A DNA stretch of 64,000 nt, taken from NCBI GenBank assembly GCA_965222155.1, contig CBDCTH010000004.1, positions 96,001 to 160,000 on the forward strand, given 5' to 3'. The translations under genes were made by a program, and so were the position numbers. The notes under the pieces are model-generated. The model was not told where the DNA came from. It saw only the letters and a list, made by a program, of their open reading frames with translations, and made no database searches. This document shows positions 20,370 to 30,381 of the stretch, one piece after another (the first letter of the stretch is position 1; the number at the start of each line of letters is the position of its first letter). Origin of the DNA: Gammaproteobacteria bacterium. Lineage in GTDB: Bacteria > Pseudomonadota > Gammaproteobacteria > Eutrophobiales > Eutrophobiaceae.

Positions 20370-21473
20370 TTAAATTTTTCGATATTGCGTGGACCGACCC
20401 TGCCCGATTCTTTCAATCTTTTTGAGACGCAAAAGCTTATCCAGTGCCTGTCTCACTGTTGGTTGCACAACGTTTGTATTCTCAGCAATTTCACCAGGTC
20501 GTGCACTGTCAACTTTCCGAAGATACTCCCAGACTGCCATTTGCTTTGCGGTGAGCAACTTCTCAAGTTTTTCTTTTGCGAGTAATTCAACTGCCATCTG
20601 GGCCTGCTTGAGGAGCATGGTGAGGAAGAAATCAAGCCACGCTACGATATTATCTTTTTTCGCATCAAGCATTTTCTGAGTTTGACGAAGAGCGATATAG
20701 TATTCCGGCTTATTATCTTCAATCAGTTTCTCATGGGAGATGTAGGGCATGTACACATAACCCTCTTTGAGCAGAAGGAGATTTGTCAGGATGCGGCTAA
20801 GTCTGCCATTGCCATCCTGGAATGGATGAATAGCCAGGAACTGAACAAGAAAGTGCCCGATGATGAGCAGAGGATGATACCTTTTTTCTGCAAGCGATTG
20901 CTTGCTCCACTCAACCAACTCCTGCATCTCTTTGGGGGTGAGATAGGGCTCAGTGGTATTAAAGAGGATAGCAAGCGATTGGCCAGCCTCATCAACCATA
21001 TGCACCTTGTTCTCCCGCTTTTTGTAATTACCGCGATGTGGTTTGTCTTTTTCAACATATTTGAGAAGTTCCTGGTGGAAGTGCTTAATGGTATTCTCGT
21101 TAAAAGACAGTGTCCTCCATGAATTAAAAACGTTCTCAAGGAGTTCGTAGTATCCCTTCACTTCCTGTTTGTCCCGATTGGTGAATTTCTGAATATCAAT
21201 ACCACGCATCAGATTCTCAACATCCTTGTCTGAAAGGCGTGCACCCTCTATACGAGTCGATGCGCCGGTGGAGGTAATCAGAACAGAACGCTTAAGACGT
21301 CCTAACACCTGGACGCCAAGCTGTGCTCCGGCGACCCATCGTCCCTTCAACTCATCAATTTGAGCGAGTTTTAAGACGATTTCAGCCGGGATATACTTCA
21401 GCCGATGATCAAATTTTGTGCTTTTTCCCGTCATAGCAAATAATCTGATATACCCGACTATATCATTTTGCAT
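20370..21473 (-). CDS. Fic family protein with C-terminal HTH
   Basis: STRIEG inhibitory-type motif, HPFQDGNGRLSR; start may be the ATG at 21434. Confidence 0.92.
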   Translation of the reverse strand: MQNDIVGYIRLFAMTGKSTKFDHRLKYIPAEIVLKLAQIDELKGRWVAGAQLGVQVLGRLKRSVLITSTGASTRIEGARLSDKDVENLMRGIDIQKFTNRDKQEVKGYYELLENVFNSWRTLSFNENTIKHFHQELLKYVEKDKPHRGNYKKRENKVHMVDEAGQSLAILFNTTEPYLTPKEMQELVEWSKQSLAEKRYHPLLIIGHFLVQFLAIHPFQDGNGRLSRILTNLLLLKEGYVYMPYISHEKLIEDNKPEYYIALRQTQKMLDAKKDNIVAWLDFFLTMLLKQAQMAVELLAKEKLEKLLTAKQMAVWEYLRKVDSARPGEIAENTNVVQPTVRQALDKLLRLKKIERIGQGRSTQYRKI

Positions 21474-21650
21474 CAGAATAACTTGATATATACAACTATA
21501 TCAGATTATAACAGATTAGAGAATACCTGTCTGGGTGACACCGGGCGGTGCTGGAACAGAAAAATAAACGACCGAAGCATTCAGTCAATGGTTACATAAC
21601 TACAGTAGGCTTCAGGTTTTTCTTTCTCCAGCTAAATACGCATCTGCAAG

Positions 21651-21835
21651 CTAATCAAATTCCGGCGGATCAATTCCACTGCAATATCCAAATCGAGTGT
21701 AGCCCATGCCCAATCTGTGGTAACAACCCTGGTCTTCTCTCGAATTGCCAGGGCCAGGCAGGCACGATCGCCAAGCAACAGGCCCGTATCCCGCGTTGCT
21801 GTTCGCACAAGACCCGTTGTGATCGCAAGAGATCT
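21651..21835 (-). pseudogene. 3' remnant of a VapC paralogous to 33240-33620
   Basis: DNA similar to 33240-33410; [12 protein letters not shown] readable. Confidence 0.75.
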
Positions 21836-21948
21836 GCCCTGAATTTTGGTGGAGACAATGCTTTGGAAAAGACGCCCGGCAAGACACAGACACGAAAGCG
21901 CCTCAAGGTGTTGAGATCAGCTTGCCGGCAATGTATCAGCGACATGAT

Positions 21949-22108
21949 TCATCCAACGCTTTTGGCGACTCCCCACAAACAGCTTATTGGAAGGGCATAG
22001 GCCCTCTGACCGAAGGTCAGCTTCTGGTCGCCCAGGTAAAATACAATGGAAGTGACGCGCCGACGTTTTCCCGGCCCAATGTTACAGAACCAGTTCAAGT
22101 GCTTGAAG
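21949..22108 (-). pseudogene. C-terminal remnant of an AAA_14/DUF4143 ATPase
   Basis: [39 protein letters not shown] matches the C-terminus of 31735-33015; cut at the IS21 end. Confidence 0.8.
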
Positions 22109-24520
22109 TGCGGATTCCGGTCGAACGTGAACACTGATTCCGGTTGAACGTGAACACTTTTCGGGCCTTTCCGGAATCGGTGTTCACATTCCCGGAATCA
22201 GTGTTCACGTTGAACCGGAATCACCCCCAACGCATGGGACTTGTAACCCGGTGGTACGGTATCTCCTTTTTTTGGGAGAACCTGCCATGTCAAACAAGAG
22301 AACCACCCTGCGTACACTACGAGAGATACTACGGCGCCGGCTGCTGGCCGGTCTATCCATCCGCGCCATCAGCCGCAGCACCAAACTGAGTGTCGGCGGC
22401 GTACAGAAGCTCATCAGCCGGGCGGAGACGTTGCACCTGAGTTGGCCCTTGCCGGCCGAGCTGGATGATGCCCGCCTGGCCGAGCTGTTCTACCCCGGCG
22501 CCGACACCGGCACGGGGTCGCGTTGTGAGGCACCGGACTGGGCGGCGGTCCACGAGGAGTTGAAGCGTCCGCACATGACCCGGCAACTGGTGTGGGAAGA
22601 CTATACCCAGCGCGACCCGAACCGGTGTTGCAGCTACTCCCAGTTCTGTGACCGCTACCGCCACTGGCTCGGCCAACAACCGCGCACCATGCGCCAGGGG
22701 CATAAGGCCGGCGAGAAGTGCTTTGTCGATTACGGCGGTGACACCGTGCCCAGCATCGACGCCAGCACCGGCGAGGTGCGCCCGGCACCACTCTTCGTCG
22801 CCGTGCTGGGTGCCTCCGATTATACCTTCGCCGAGGCCACCTGGACCCAATCACTCCCCGACTGGCTCGCCAGCCACACCCGCGCCCTGTCCTTCTTCGG
22901 CGTCGTCCCCGCCCTCATCGTCCCCGACACCCTGCGCAGCGGCGTCAGCCGTGCCTGCCGCTACGACCCCGACATCAACCCCAGCTACCAGCAATGGGCC
23001 GAGCACTACCAGACCGCCATCCTCCCCGCACGCCCCTATACACCCCGCGACAAGGCCAAGGCCGAGCAGGGCGTGCTGCTGGGGCAGCGCTGGATCCTGG
23101 CCCGCCTGCGCCACCACCGCTTCTTCGCCCTGGACGAGTTGAACCGTCATAGCGCCGCCTGACTGGACGATCTTAATAACCGTCCCTTCAAACGCACGCC
23201 CGGCTGCCGCCGCAGCGCCTTTGAGTCCCTCGCCCCACCGGCATTAAAACCGTTGCCCCCTCAACCCTACCATTACCTCCACATCAAACCGGTGACCGTG
23301 CATATCGACTACCACGTTCAATATCAACAGCATGACTACTCCGTGCCGCACCAGTACGTGGGCGAGAGACTGGAGTTACACGCCGGTAACTCGTTGATTG
23401 AACTCTACGTCCACCAACGCTGCATCGCCACGCATGCGCGCCGGCACGCCCCCGGCTTCACCACGAACCCGGCCCACCTGCCCGCACGCCACCGCGCCCA
23501 GCAACAGTGGTCCCCCAAGCGCCGCACCCACCCCGAGCAGGCCTATCGCACCTGCTTAGGATTGCTCCAACTCAGCAAACGCTACCCTGACAGCCGCCTC
23601 AATGCCGCCTGCCAAATAGCCAACCAGAACGGCCTGGTGCGCCTCAAACAGGTCAAGCACCTGCTGGAGTCGAACCAGGACTCACTCATCGACACCCCCG
23701 AGCCGGATACCGCAGCTACCCCCCCGCTGCCCCAAGACCACGAGACTGTCCGCAGGCCGCAACACGTCAACTAACCGGAGACACCACCATGACCACCACC
23801 GCACACACCCTGACACGCCTGCGCGACCTCAGACTGCCCGGTATGGCACAGGCCCTCACTCAACAAACCGAACAGCCCGCCACCTACGACCCCCTCCCGT
23901 TCCTCGACCGACTCGCCCTCCTGCTCGAGCAAGAATGCCTGCAACGGGAACAACGTAACCAAGCGCGCCTCATCCGCCAGGCGCGCTTCAAACTGCACGC
24001 ATCCCGCCAGGCTATCGACTACCAATCATCCCGTGACCTGCAACCGGCACAGATAGCCCAACTCGCTCAGGGCGAGTGGCTGCAACGCGCCCATAACCTG
24101 CTCATCACCGGCCCCTGTGGCTCAGGTAAAACCTTCATCGCCTGCGCCCTCGGCCACCCGGCCTGCCGGCAAGGATACGCCACCCGCTACTTCCGCCTCC
24201 CCCGCCTGTTCCTCACCCTCACCCAGGCCAAGGCCAACGGCAGCTACCACAAACTCCTGCACCCGTTCACCAAGACCCAACTGCTCATCCTCGATGACTG
24301 GGGCATGGACACCCTCAACACCGCTCAGCGCCATGACCTCATGCCCCTCATGGATGACCGCTATCAGTCCGCCTCCACCCTGATAGCCAGCCAACTCCCC
24401 GTCGACCAATGGTATGCCGCCATCGGCGATAACACCCTCGCCGATGCCATCCTCGACCGGCTGGTGCATAATGCGCATCGACTGACATTAAAGGGGGAAT
24501 CCATGCGAAAAAAGCAGGGG
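22109..24520 (+). mobile_element. IS21 family element (istA/istB), degraded, right end missing
   Basis: Left end TGCGGATTCCGG..GTGAACACTGATTCCGG with internal repeats, followed by istA and istB. Confidence 0.88.
22287..23774 (+). pseudogene. istA: IstA transposase with in-frame TGA at 23160
   Basis: YSQFC, FVDY.G, FVAVLGAS.YTFAEA, PRDKAKAE. Confidence 0.88.
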
Positions 24521-24658
24521 ATGATGCTGTGGGTTGGATTTGCGCTTCACACCAACTCATCAACTCATCCCGGCAAGTCGTCAGCCGGGGGCATGTTTTG
24601 CGACCAAGTTGGGAACCCACAAGTATATGAATATGCAACTGCTGAAAGAGATGGATAA
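23789..24658 (+). CDS. istB: IstB ATPase; C-terminal tail after ~24520 is read-through
   Basis: GPCGSGKT, LLILDDWG, ADAILDRLVH, GESMRK. Confidence 0.88.
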   Translation: MTTTAHTLTRLRDLRLPGMAQALTQQTEQPATYDPLPFLDRLALLLEQECLQREQRNQARLIRQARFKLHASRQAIDYQSSRDLQPAQIAQLAQGEWLQRAHNLLITGPCGSGKTFIACALGHPACRQGYATRYFRLPRLFLTLTQAKANGSYHKLLHPFTKTQLLILDDWGMDTLNTAQRHDLMPLMDDRYQSASTLIASQLPVDQWYAAIGDNTLADAILDRLVHNAHRLTLKGESMRKKQGMMLWVGFALHTNSSTHPGKSSAGGMFCDQVGNPQVYEYATAERDG

Positions 24659-24737
24659 AGAGGCTATTTACTCAGCAGCATGAATGACTACCGGGATCAC
24701 CCCAGAGAAAAAAATGCGAAAGATTCTTGACACTACC

Positions 24738-24828
24738 TGCGTATTTCACTGAATCCTGCCGCCCATCACACGTGAAAGCTGCCACCCGGAACGGGGCAAA
24801 GCTGCCACCCATCGGAGCGTAGCGACGC
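24738..24828. mobile_element. Second IS21-type terminal remnant
   Basis: TGCGTATTTCA start, repeated AAAGCTGCCACCC, CGGAGCGTAGCGAC. Confidence 0.55.
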
Positions 24829-25719
24829 GGGTTTTGGTCGACAATGTTCCGTGTCTCCGAACCAGAATACGAGATAAATTCCATAACTATCTGCGCCCGG
24901 GTCCCGAGTGTATTTGGCAATCAACTGCGTTTTTATCGCACTCCAAAGATCGCGATGACAGCTTCTCTTAACCTCCACCGGAGCGTTGAAACTACCGTAA
25001 CATACGTGAATGTCTGACCGTTTGTCGTTGGCGTAACGACCCTCCGGTTGGGCGTCGATACCCAATTGCTTTAACCTGTCTTGTAAAGCTGATAACAGTG
25101 CATCCCGGCACGCGTCTTCCGGTTTCGGGTTCTGTGGTCGATTGTAAGAGTCTACGTTCCAATACTGGCGCCAGTCGGATGTGTTTCCATAGCGGATGTT
25201 TTTTGATATTACGCGTAAATATTCAAACGTCAGCGCGGCGAGGTCGTTAGCGTTCGCAGGATTGCGATTATCGAGTACCTCAAGCACCTGCTCGACCTCG
25301 GGATGCTGAAATTCGACTTCACGTCGCGTGATGTTCTGTTGATATTTGGCATCGTTGAGATAGGACCGCCAAGGGAGCAGCTCATCGTCGGACGACAGCG
25401 TTTCGAGAGCATCGGTAGCGGCCCGGGTTGGGACGGATGCCAGTTGATTGATGAATCTCCGAATGTGGTCCGGCGCTGTCATGGCCGCTGTCACAGTAAT
25501 GTCTTCTTCCGAAGTGGAATCAAGAGAATAAGGTCTGCAGGAAGGACCGATCAGCCGGACCAGAAGTTGCAGTATCGGAACAGTCAGGCGTTCGATGACC
25601 CCTTGGGTTTGGACCGCCGCCAAGCATCGAAGTCGGCGTTCATTACCGGCTGTATAGGATGCCAGCCTTTCGAGATACGAGTCCGGCGAAGCAAGAAGAC
25701 CGGCGGGAGTTTGGGACAC
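24766..25719 (-). pseudogene. C-terminal part of a large protein with a PD-(D/E)xK-like nuclease domain
   Basis: EDACRDAL...PEGRYANDKRSDI...PVEVKR...QL..KY..DP...YGIYLVFWFG; 3' end replaced by the IS remnant. Confidence 0.6.
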
Positions 25720-25765
25720 TCATAAAATAGCGAATTCATGCCACTGAGTCTTATCGCCAGACCGA

Positions 25766-26236
25766 CTAATTAATCTTGCAAAGGATCCTTATATGATTGC
25801 CTTTCATTTCTGCCTGGTATTTCGGAGGATCCCGGAAGGGCCATGGGCAATCGCCCCGCTTTTTCATCCAATTACCGATGCTTTGGCTACGAATTTCCGA
25901 GCATGTGCGCCAGAATGATGGGCTTAGTTCGATATTCAGGGGCTGCACTTCACCGTTGCAGAGAGGCAGTTCGAGGACAACTTCACTCAGCCCTTTGAAC
26001 AGTTTATTACGATCCATTAGCTTTACTCCGAACCCCAATGCTCCTGGTGCCTCCCTTGTTCCCGATTTCCAACCAGTCAATTCTATAATCGCCATGTTCA
26101 TCCACTCAGTGTTTTTGGATATAGAAAGTATAAACCCCGTTATTCTCGCAAATCCATACTCATTTTTTGTCAGCCTTTCCCTCTTCTTCACTGGAAGCTG
26201 ATATAAGTTTGTCCAATATGTATTGCACCCGGACAA
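25766..26236 (-). CDS. Hypothetical protein (start probably nearer 26096)
   Basis: Protein-like C-terminal region SFW.TCSEIRS..IG.W....PWP...PPK. Confidence 0.55.
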   Translation of the reverse strand: MSGCNTYWTNLYQLPVKKRERLTKNEYGFARITGFILSISKNTEWMNMAIIELTGWKSGTREAPGALGFGVKLMDRNKLFKGLSEVVLELPLCNGEVQPLNIELSPSFWRTCSEIRSQSIGNWMKKRGDCPWPFRDPPKYQAEMKGNHIRILCKIN

Positions 26237-26243
26237 TGTATTG

Positions 26244-27529
26244 GGAACTTCTATTTATTGACGTTTTCTGGCACATTGCCTACGTGAGCAGGCAAGCGGA
26301 CTATTTTGTATATAAAGCTATGCCATACATGCGCTGATGGGCCTCTGTCTACCCACCAAACGGGCTGTTTGACCCCTTCAGGTGTCTGTTTAACACCCTT
26401 TTATGCCTGTTCCCCGTCATGCGGGCGCGCTGACCCCTTCCAGGTAACACAATCGTCGCATGTTATACACCAGGTTCAGCATCCCAATGGCCAACTCACT
26501 GCGCGCCAGCCCGATACAGCGTATCAGCTTGGCCCGGGTCGCACACTGCGCCCCGAACACGTGTTCCACCCGCACCCGCACCTTGGCCCGCGTGCGGTTG
26601 CCCTGCTGCGCCCACGCCGTCAACGGCTTGTTGCGGCGCCCCTTGCGCTGAATGTGGCTGCGGTAGCGCTGGGCCTGCAAGCGTTCCTCCTGCTCCCTGG
26701 AACGGTAGGCGCGGTCCGCCCATAACGCCTTGCTGCTGTTGTGCTCATCCAACAACTCATCGAGCAGTTGGGAATCATGCACAGTCGCCGCGCTCACCGC
26801 ATACGTGCGTATCAGCTTGTGCTTGTTGTCCACGTTCACGTGATTCTTGTACCCGTAATGACTCCTGCCCCGCTGCTTCGTCCAACGTGCCTCCACGTCC
26901 TTCTGCCGCCGCTTGGATTTGGCTGCCTCATCGTCCCAGCCCGCCGGTGCCTCCCCCGCCTTTATCGCCGCATTCTCCTCGCGCGTGTTGCGCTGCACCG
27001 GCGCCGGCACCAGGGACGCATCCACCCACTGCCCCGTGCGCGCCCGATACCCCAAGTCTGCTAACTGCTCGGCAAACCGTGCAAACAGTTCCTCCATCAA
27101 TTTCAGCTCCACCAACTTCTCACGAAACGCCCAGAAGGTCTTCGCAGCCGGCGCCCGATGATAGTTATCCAACCCCATAAACCGCTGAAAACTGCGCCGG
27201 TCTTCAAGCTGATATTCCAACTGCTCATCACTCAACCCGTACAAATGCTGTATCACCAACCCCTTGAACAGCAGCACCTCATCCCGACGCGGCGCACCCG
27301 CCTTGCGCTTGCGGGTCGTGGGACGGATACGCACCAATAGCGGACGAAATGCCTCCCAGTCCACTACCTCACCCAACCGCACCAGGGGATCCTTCAGTTT
27401 ATTCAAGCGGGTGTCTTGCAAGTCAAACAACGAACCGAATATGTCTTGTGTCTTCATGAAACCACCTTGAGGAAAGAGTTGAAATAAGTCACCGCTATTA
27501 TATCATCTGACCGAATAAATAGAGGTTCC
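26244..27529 (-). mobile_element. IS5 family element
   Basis: TIRs GGAACTTCTATTTATT / AATAAATAGAGGTTCC. Confidence 0.9.
26417..27457 (-). CDS. IS5 family transposase
   Basis: LSDEQLEYQ.EDR.SF, VDAS, YGYKNH, AD.AY, RVEHVFG. Confidence 0.92.
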   Translation of the reverse strand: MKTQDIFGSLFDLQDTRLNKLKDPLVRLGEVVDWEAFRPLLVRIRPTTRKRKAGAPRRDEVLLFKGLVIQHLYGLSDEQLEYQLEDRRSFQRFMGLDNYHRAPAAKTFWAFREKLVELKLMEELFARFAEQLADLGYRARTGQWVDASLVPAPVQRNTREENAAIKAGEAPAGWDDEAAKSKRRQKDVEARWTKQRGRSHYGYKNHVNVDNKHKLIRTYAVSAATVHDSQLLDELLDEHNSSKALWADRAYRSREQEERLQAQRYRSHIQRKGRRNKPLTAWAQQGNRTRAKVRVRVEHVFGAQCATRAKLIRCIGLARSELAIGMLNLVYNMRRLCYLEGVSAPA

Positions 27530-27701
27530 TTATTGACTGTTTTATGAAGCATGTTATAAGATCAGGACAACTATTTGAGCTTGTGCAAGGGTAGTATATC
27601 CGATGGGTGAAGATTGGCATTTACCTGTATCGGAGCAGAAAAAAGCCTCATTAGACGGCTGATATCAACGGACCAACGGGATTTTTGCAGGAGGAATTGA
27701 A

Positions 27702-28631
27702 ATGGCCAAACGTATAAGTATTATCAACTTCAAAGGTGGGGTTGGTAAAACCACCCTTGCATATCACCTCGGCACTGGACTGGCAAAGTATCATAATGCC
27801 AGAGTACTGCTGATAGACGTGGACCACCAAAGCAGTTTATCCATTGTTTGCTTAAAGGCTGATAAATGGCAAAAAGCAGTCGATGAAAAATGTACGATTA
27901 ATGAGGTCTTTCAACCGTTTGTTGGCCAATCATCTGGCCCACCCGGTGATGAAATTATTCTCAGAGAGCCAATCAGGAATAGGGGCTATAACAGCATGGA
28001 CCTCGTTCCTGCCAGCCTGCAACTTGATGATACCGAAATTGAACTGACGGCTTCACATCAGGGTAACGCTATCCACTCGGAATGGAACAAGAGAACTCTT
28101 ATATGTCGTTGGATTGAAGATGTCGGAATTAATGATGAATACGATTATATTATTTTCGATTGTCCACCCGCGACGAAAATCGTTTCCCAGAACGCCATTG
28201 CAGCTAGCCATGGTTATATCATTCCCGTTGTTCCGGAAGCAGTGATGGAGCGTGGAGCACCCCATCTGTACGAAATGGTACGGACTGGCATTGATACCCG
28301 ATTGAATGCGCTAGCTGCAATGGGAGAACCAAGAAAGATGTACGTGTCCGAGACTAAACTTGTCGGGTTGGTAATCACTCGAATACAGACTGCTGGGGGC
28401 TACTCTGGATATACCAATGATCACACTCAGCATCTCGATTCGCTGAAAAGGCGTTGGAAAAATATGTTGGTAAAACCCTATATTGTTCAGGGAACAGGTC
28501 TGTCTCAGGCCTTGGCAGATGGCGTTCCGGTTTATGATCGGAGTTCGACCCAGAACGTAGGTGGGCGAGGAATTCATAAACAGTTTGAGAAACTGACAAC
28601 CGAACTTAAACAGAGGGTTGACAGCCTATGA
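27702..28631 (+). CDS. ParA/Soj family ATPase
   Basis: INFKGGVGKTT, IDVDHQSSLS, FDCPP; Shine-Dalgarno GGAGG upstream. Confidence 0.92.
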   Translation: MAKRISIINFKGGVGKTTLAYHLGTGLAKYHNARVLLIDVDHQSSLSIVCLKADKWQKAVDEKCTINEVFQPFVGQSSGPPGDEIILREPIRNRGYNSMDLVPASLQLDDTEIELTASHQGNAIHSEWNKRTLICRWIEDVGINDEYDYIIFDCPPATKIVSQNAIAASHGYIIPVVPEAVMERGAPHLYEMVRTGIDTRLNALAAMGEPRKMYVSETKLVGLVITRIQTAGGYSGYTNDHTQHLDSLKRRWKNMLVKPYIVQGTGLSQALADGVPVYDRSSTQNVGGRGIHKQFEKLTTELKQRVDSL

Positions 28632-29146
28632 ATGACGAACAGCAGAATTCGGTTAGAGAACCTGATCCCAATGCCCAGGCAAATTATTTGCTGGTTGACG
28701 ATATCGTTCGATACTTATCGCGCCTGGCGAACCTGTACAGTGAAGCAAAAACAGGCAACTCGGAATTAAGTGATGGGCTTCGACAGTTGGTCAATGCCTT
28801 ACGGCCTTATTCAAACCGCCCTGTTCCTGATCTTGCCGATATTATCAGAGAGGCAACTCTACGGAGATTCCGTGAAACTTCCCCAAAGAAGATTAAAGCA
28901 ATACTTCCATCTAATCTGGAATCTCTTCCGCCACAGGAGGTCGAAAAAATACTGGATGATGAAAACTACACAAAGGATCAGGTGATTAACCTCGGGGTCC
29001 AACGTTTTGGTATTTCCTCTGCGAAGCTCACACGCCTTGGCAAGAAAAATGTACTGGAGTCAATACGTGCTGCGCTAAACCATGAAAAATCACTCGAAGT
29101 GATTTCCAAGGAAGCACAACGCGGAGGTGAAATGAGGTCATCTTAG
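28628..29146 (+). CDS. Small helical ParA partner, C-terminally similar to 9962-10426
   Basis: ATGA overlap; TKDQVINLGVQRFGISSAKLTRLGKKNVLESI. Confidence 0.65.
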   Translation: MNDEQQNSVREPDPNAQANYLLVDDIVRYLSRLANLYSEAKTGNSELSDGLRQLVNALRPYSNRPVPDLADIIREATLRRFRETSPKKIKAILPSNLESLPPQEVEKILDDENYTKDQVINLGVQRFGISSAKLTRLGKKNVLESIRAALNHEKSLEVISKEAQRGGEMRSS

Positions 29147-29167
29147 GCAGTATAATTCTGAATATAG

Positions 29168-29247
29168 GTTGTTGACGCCGCACAATCAGGAACAGCGACG
29201 TTGTTCGAGGCTCTTAATTAGCACCCTCGGATTTTTATTCCTCAGGA
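29168..29247 (+). pseudogene. Short 5' remnant of a sulfotransferase paralogous to 18432-19342
   Basis: VVDAAQSGTATLFEALN*HPRIFIPQ. Confidence 0.7.
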
Positions 29248-29255
29248 AATTCAGA

Positions 29256-29426
29256 AATTCAGGGGACACAATACTTAATTATCCTGCCGTTGTTTTGGCC
29301 TTGGTTTTTTCTTTTTCAGCGACCGGCCCAACACCCCCTCAATCCTGCCAATAAATCCCTCATCCCCCAAGGGTCTGCCCGTACGCGCATGGGTATTCCA
29401 GAATTAAGTATTGTGTCCCTAGAACT
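29256..29426. repeat. Inverted REP-like pair
   Basis: AATTCAGGGGACACAATACTTAATT ... AATTAAGTATTGTGTCCCTAGAACT. Confidence 0.8.
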
Positions 29427-29585
29427 GGTTCAGAACTGGTTGAAGGTTAATGATAGGCGGTTTACACAGTTTTTGTTACAGTCGCAATATAGCCCGCCCC
29501 AGCACGCGGACCTGTCACAATTTTTTCACGCCAGCAACTAACGCCGCCGCTGTAGTGAGTTACGGAGACCGGTAAGACCCCTGAC

Positions 29586-29616
29586 AAAAAAAGCCAAAGG
29601 CCTCCGAAGAGGCCTT
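29586..29616 (-). terminator. Rho-independent terminator of the candidate ncRNA
   Basis: Minus strand AAGGCCTC-TTCG-GAGGCCTT, then TGGC-T7. Confidence 0.75.
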
Positions 29617-29771
29617 ATCGAAACCCCGGCAGGCTTGGCATCACCAACGCCAGGATTTGCTACCGACAAATCTGCCTGGAGCAGATTTGGACGCTCGAAG
29701 AGCGCCTGAAGGGTGCGTCCCATGGATGGGACGCATCAGGTAGTCTCACTTGCCCGGAATTCACGGGAACG
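29586..29771 (-). ncRNA. Candidate structured ncRNA (~185 nt) downstream of the PemK-like toxin
   Basis: Own sigma70-like promoter and terminator, at least five hairpins, no credible ORF. Confidence 0.6.
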
Positions 29772-29777
29772 GAATCG

Positions 29778-29806
29778 ATCATGGCGCGTTACATGTTAAT
29801 AGTCAA
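29778..29806 (-). promoter_or_regulatory. Sigma70-like promoter TTGACT-N17-CATGAT
   Basis: Near-consensus hexamers with 17-bp spacing. Confidence 0.7.
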
Positions 29807-29847
29807 GAATATTTATTGCTGACAACAGGAATATTTATTGCTGACAA
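29807..29847. repeat. 19-bp direct repeat GAATATTTATTGCTGACAA x2
   Basis: 29807-29825 and 29829-29847. Confidence 0.9.
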
Positions 29848-29865
29848 ATGAAAAATAGGAACAAA

Positions 29866-30261
29866 TTAGAGAGTCAGCCAGAATCTCACACCATCTTTTA
29901 TGGCTAAGAAATCATGCATCGTGATGCAAGAGGTTGAATACATACGTTTTCCTCGAGGATCACGACCTATCAATATCCTGTCAAGACGGTTTATTGAAAC
30001 AGTTGTTACCATGTCACATTTAGCCCAAGTCTCATCCCTTGTAAACTTGCCCGCAAGAGATGCCGAATCCATCAAATGATGATATGGCTGTGGACCATCC
30101 GGCGGACTGGTTGAGAGTGGTATTACAGTACAGGTTAACGACTTTCGCGACCTTCTCGACAGTACGACAACAGGCCGTCTTTTTGTCATTTCTGGCGGCA
30201 CAAAACCGGAAAAATCACAAATCAATAATTGTCCCGGGTGCGGGCAAGCTGACAATCCCAT
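29866..30261 (-). CDS. Orphan PemK/MazF-family toxin
   Basis: PGQLLICDFSGFVPPEMTKRRPVVVLS, TVIPLST, WAKCDMVTTVS..RLD; likely start ATG 30261. Confidence 0.88.
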   Translation of the reverse strand: MGLSACPHPGQLLICDFSGFVPPEMTKRRPVVVLSRRSRKSLTCTVIPLSTSPPDGPQPYHHLMDSASLAGKFTRDETWAKCDMVTTVSINRLDRILIGRDPRGKRMYSTSCITMHDFLAIKDGVRFWLTL

Positions 30262-30381
30262 AATAAACAATCCGTATTATCCGTAATTTGAATTCTAGCT
30301 TATATCTTGTTCGCCGATTCACTCCCACCATAACCGGACAAGCCTCCATCAATAAGGCCTTGTGACTTATTGATGGAGGCT

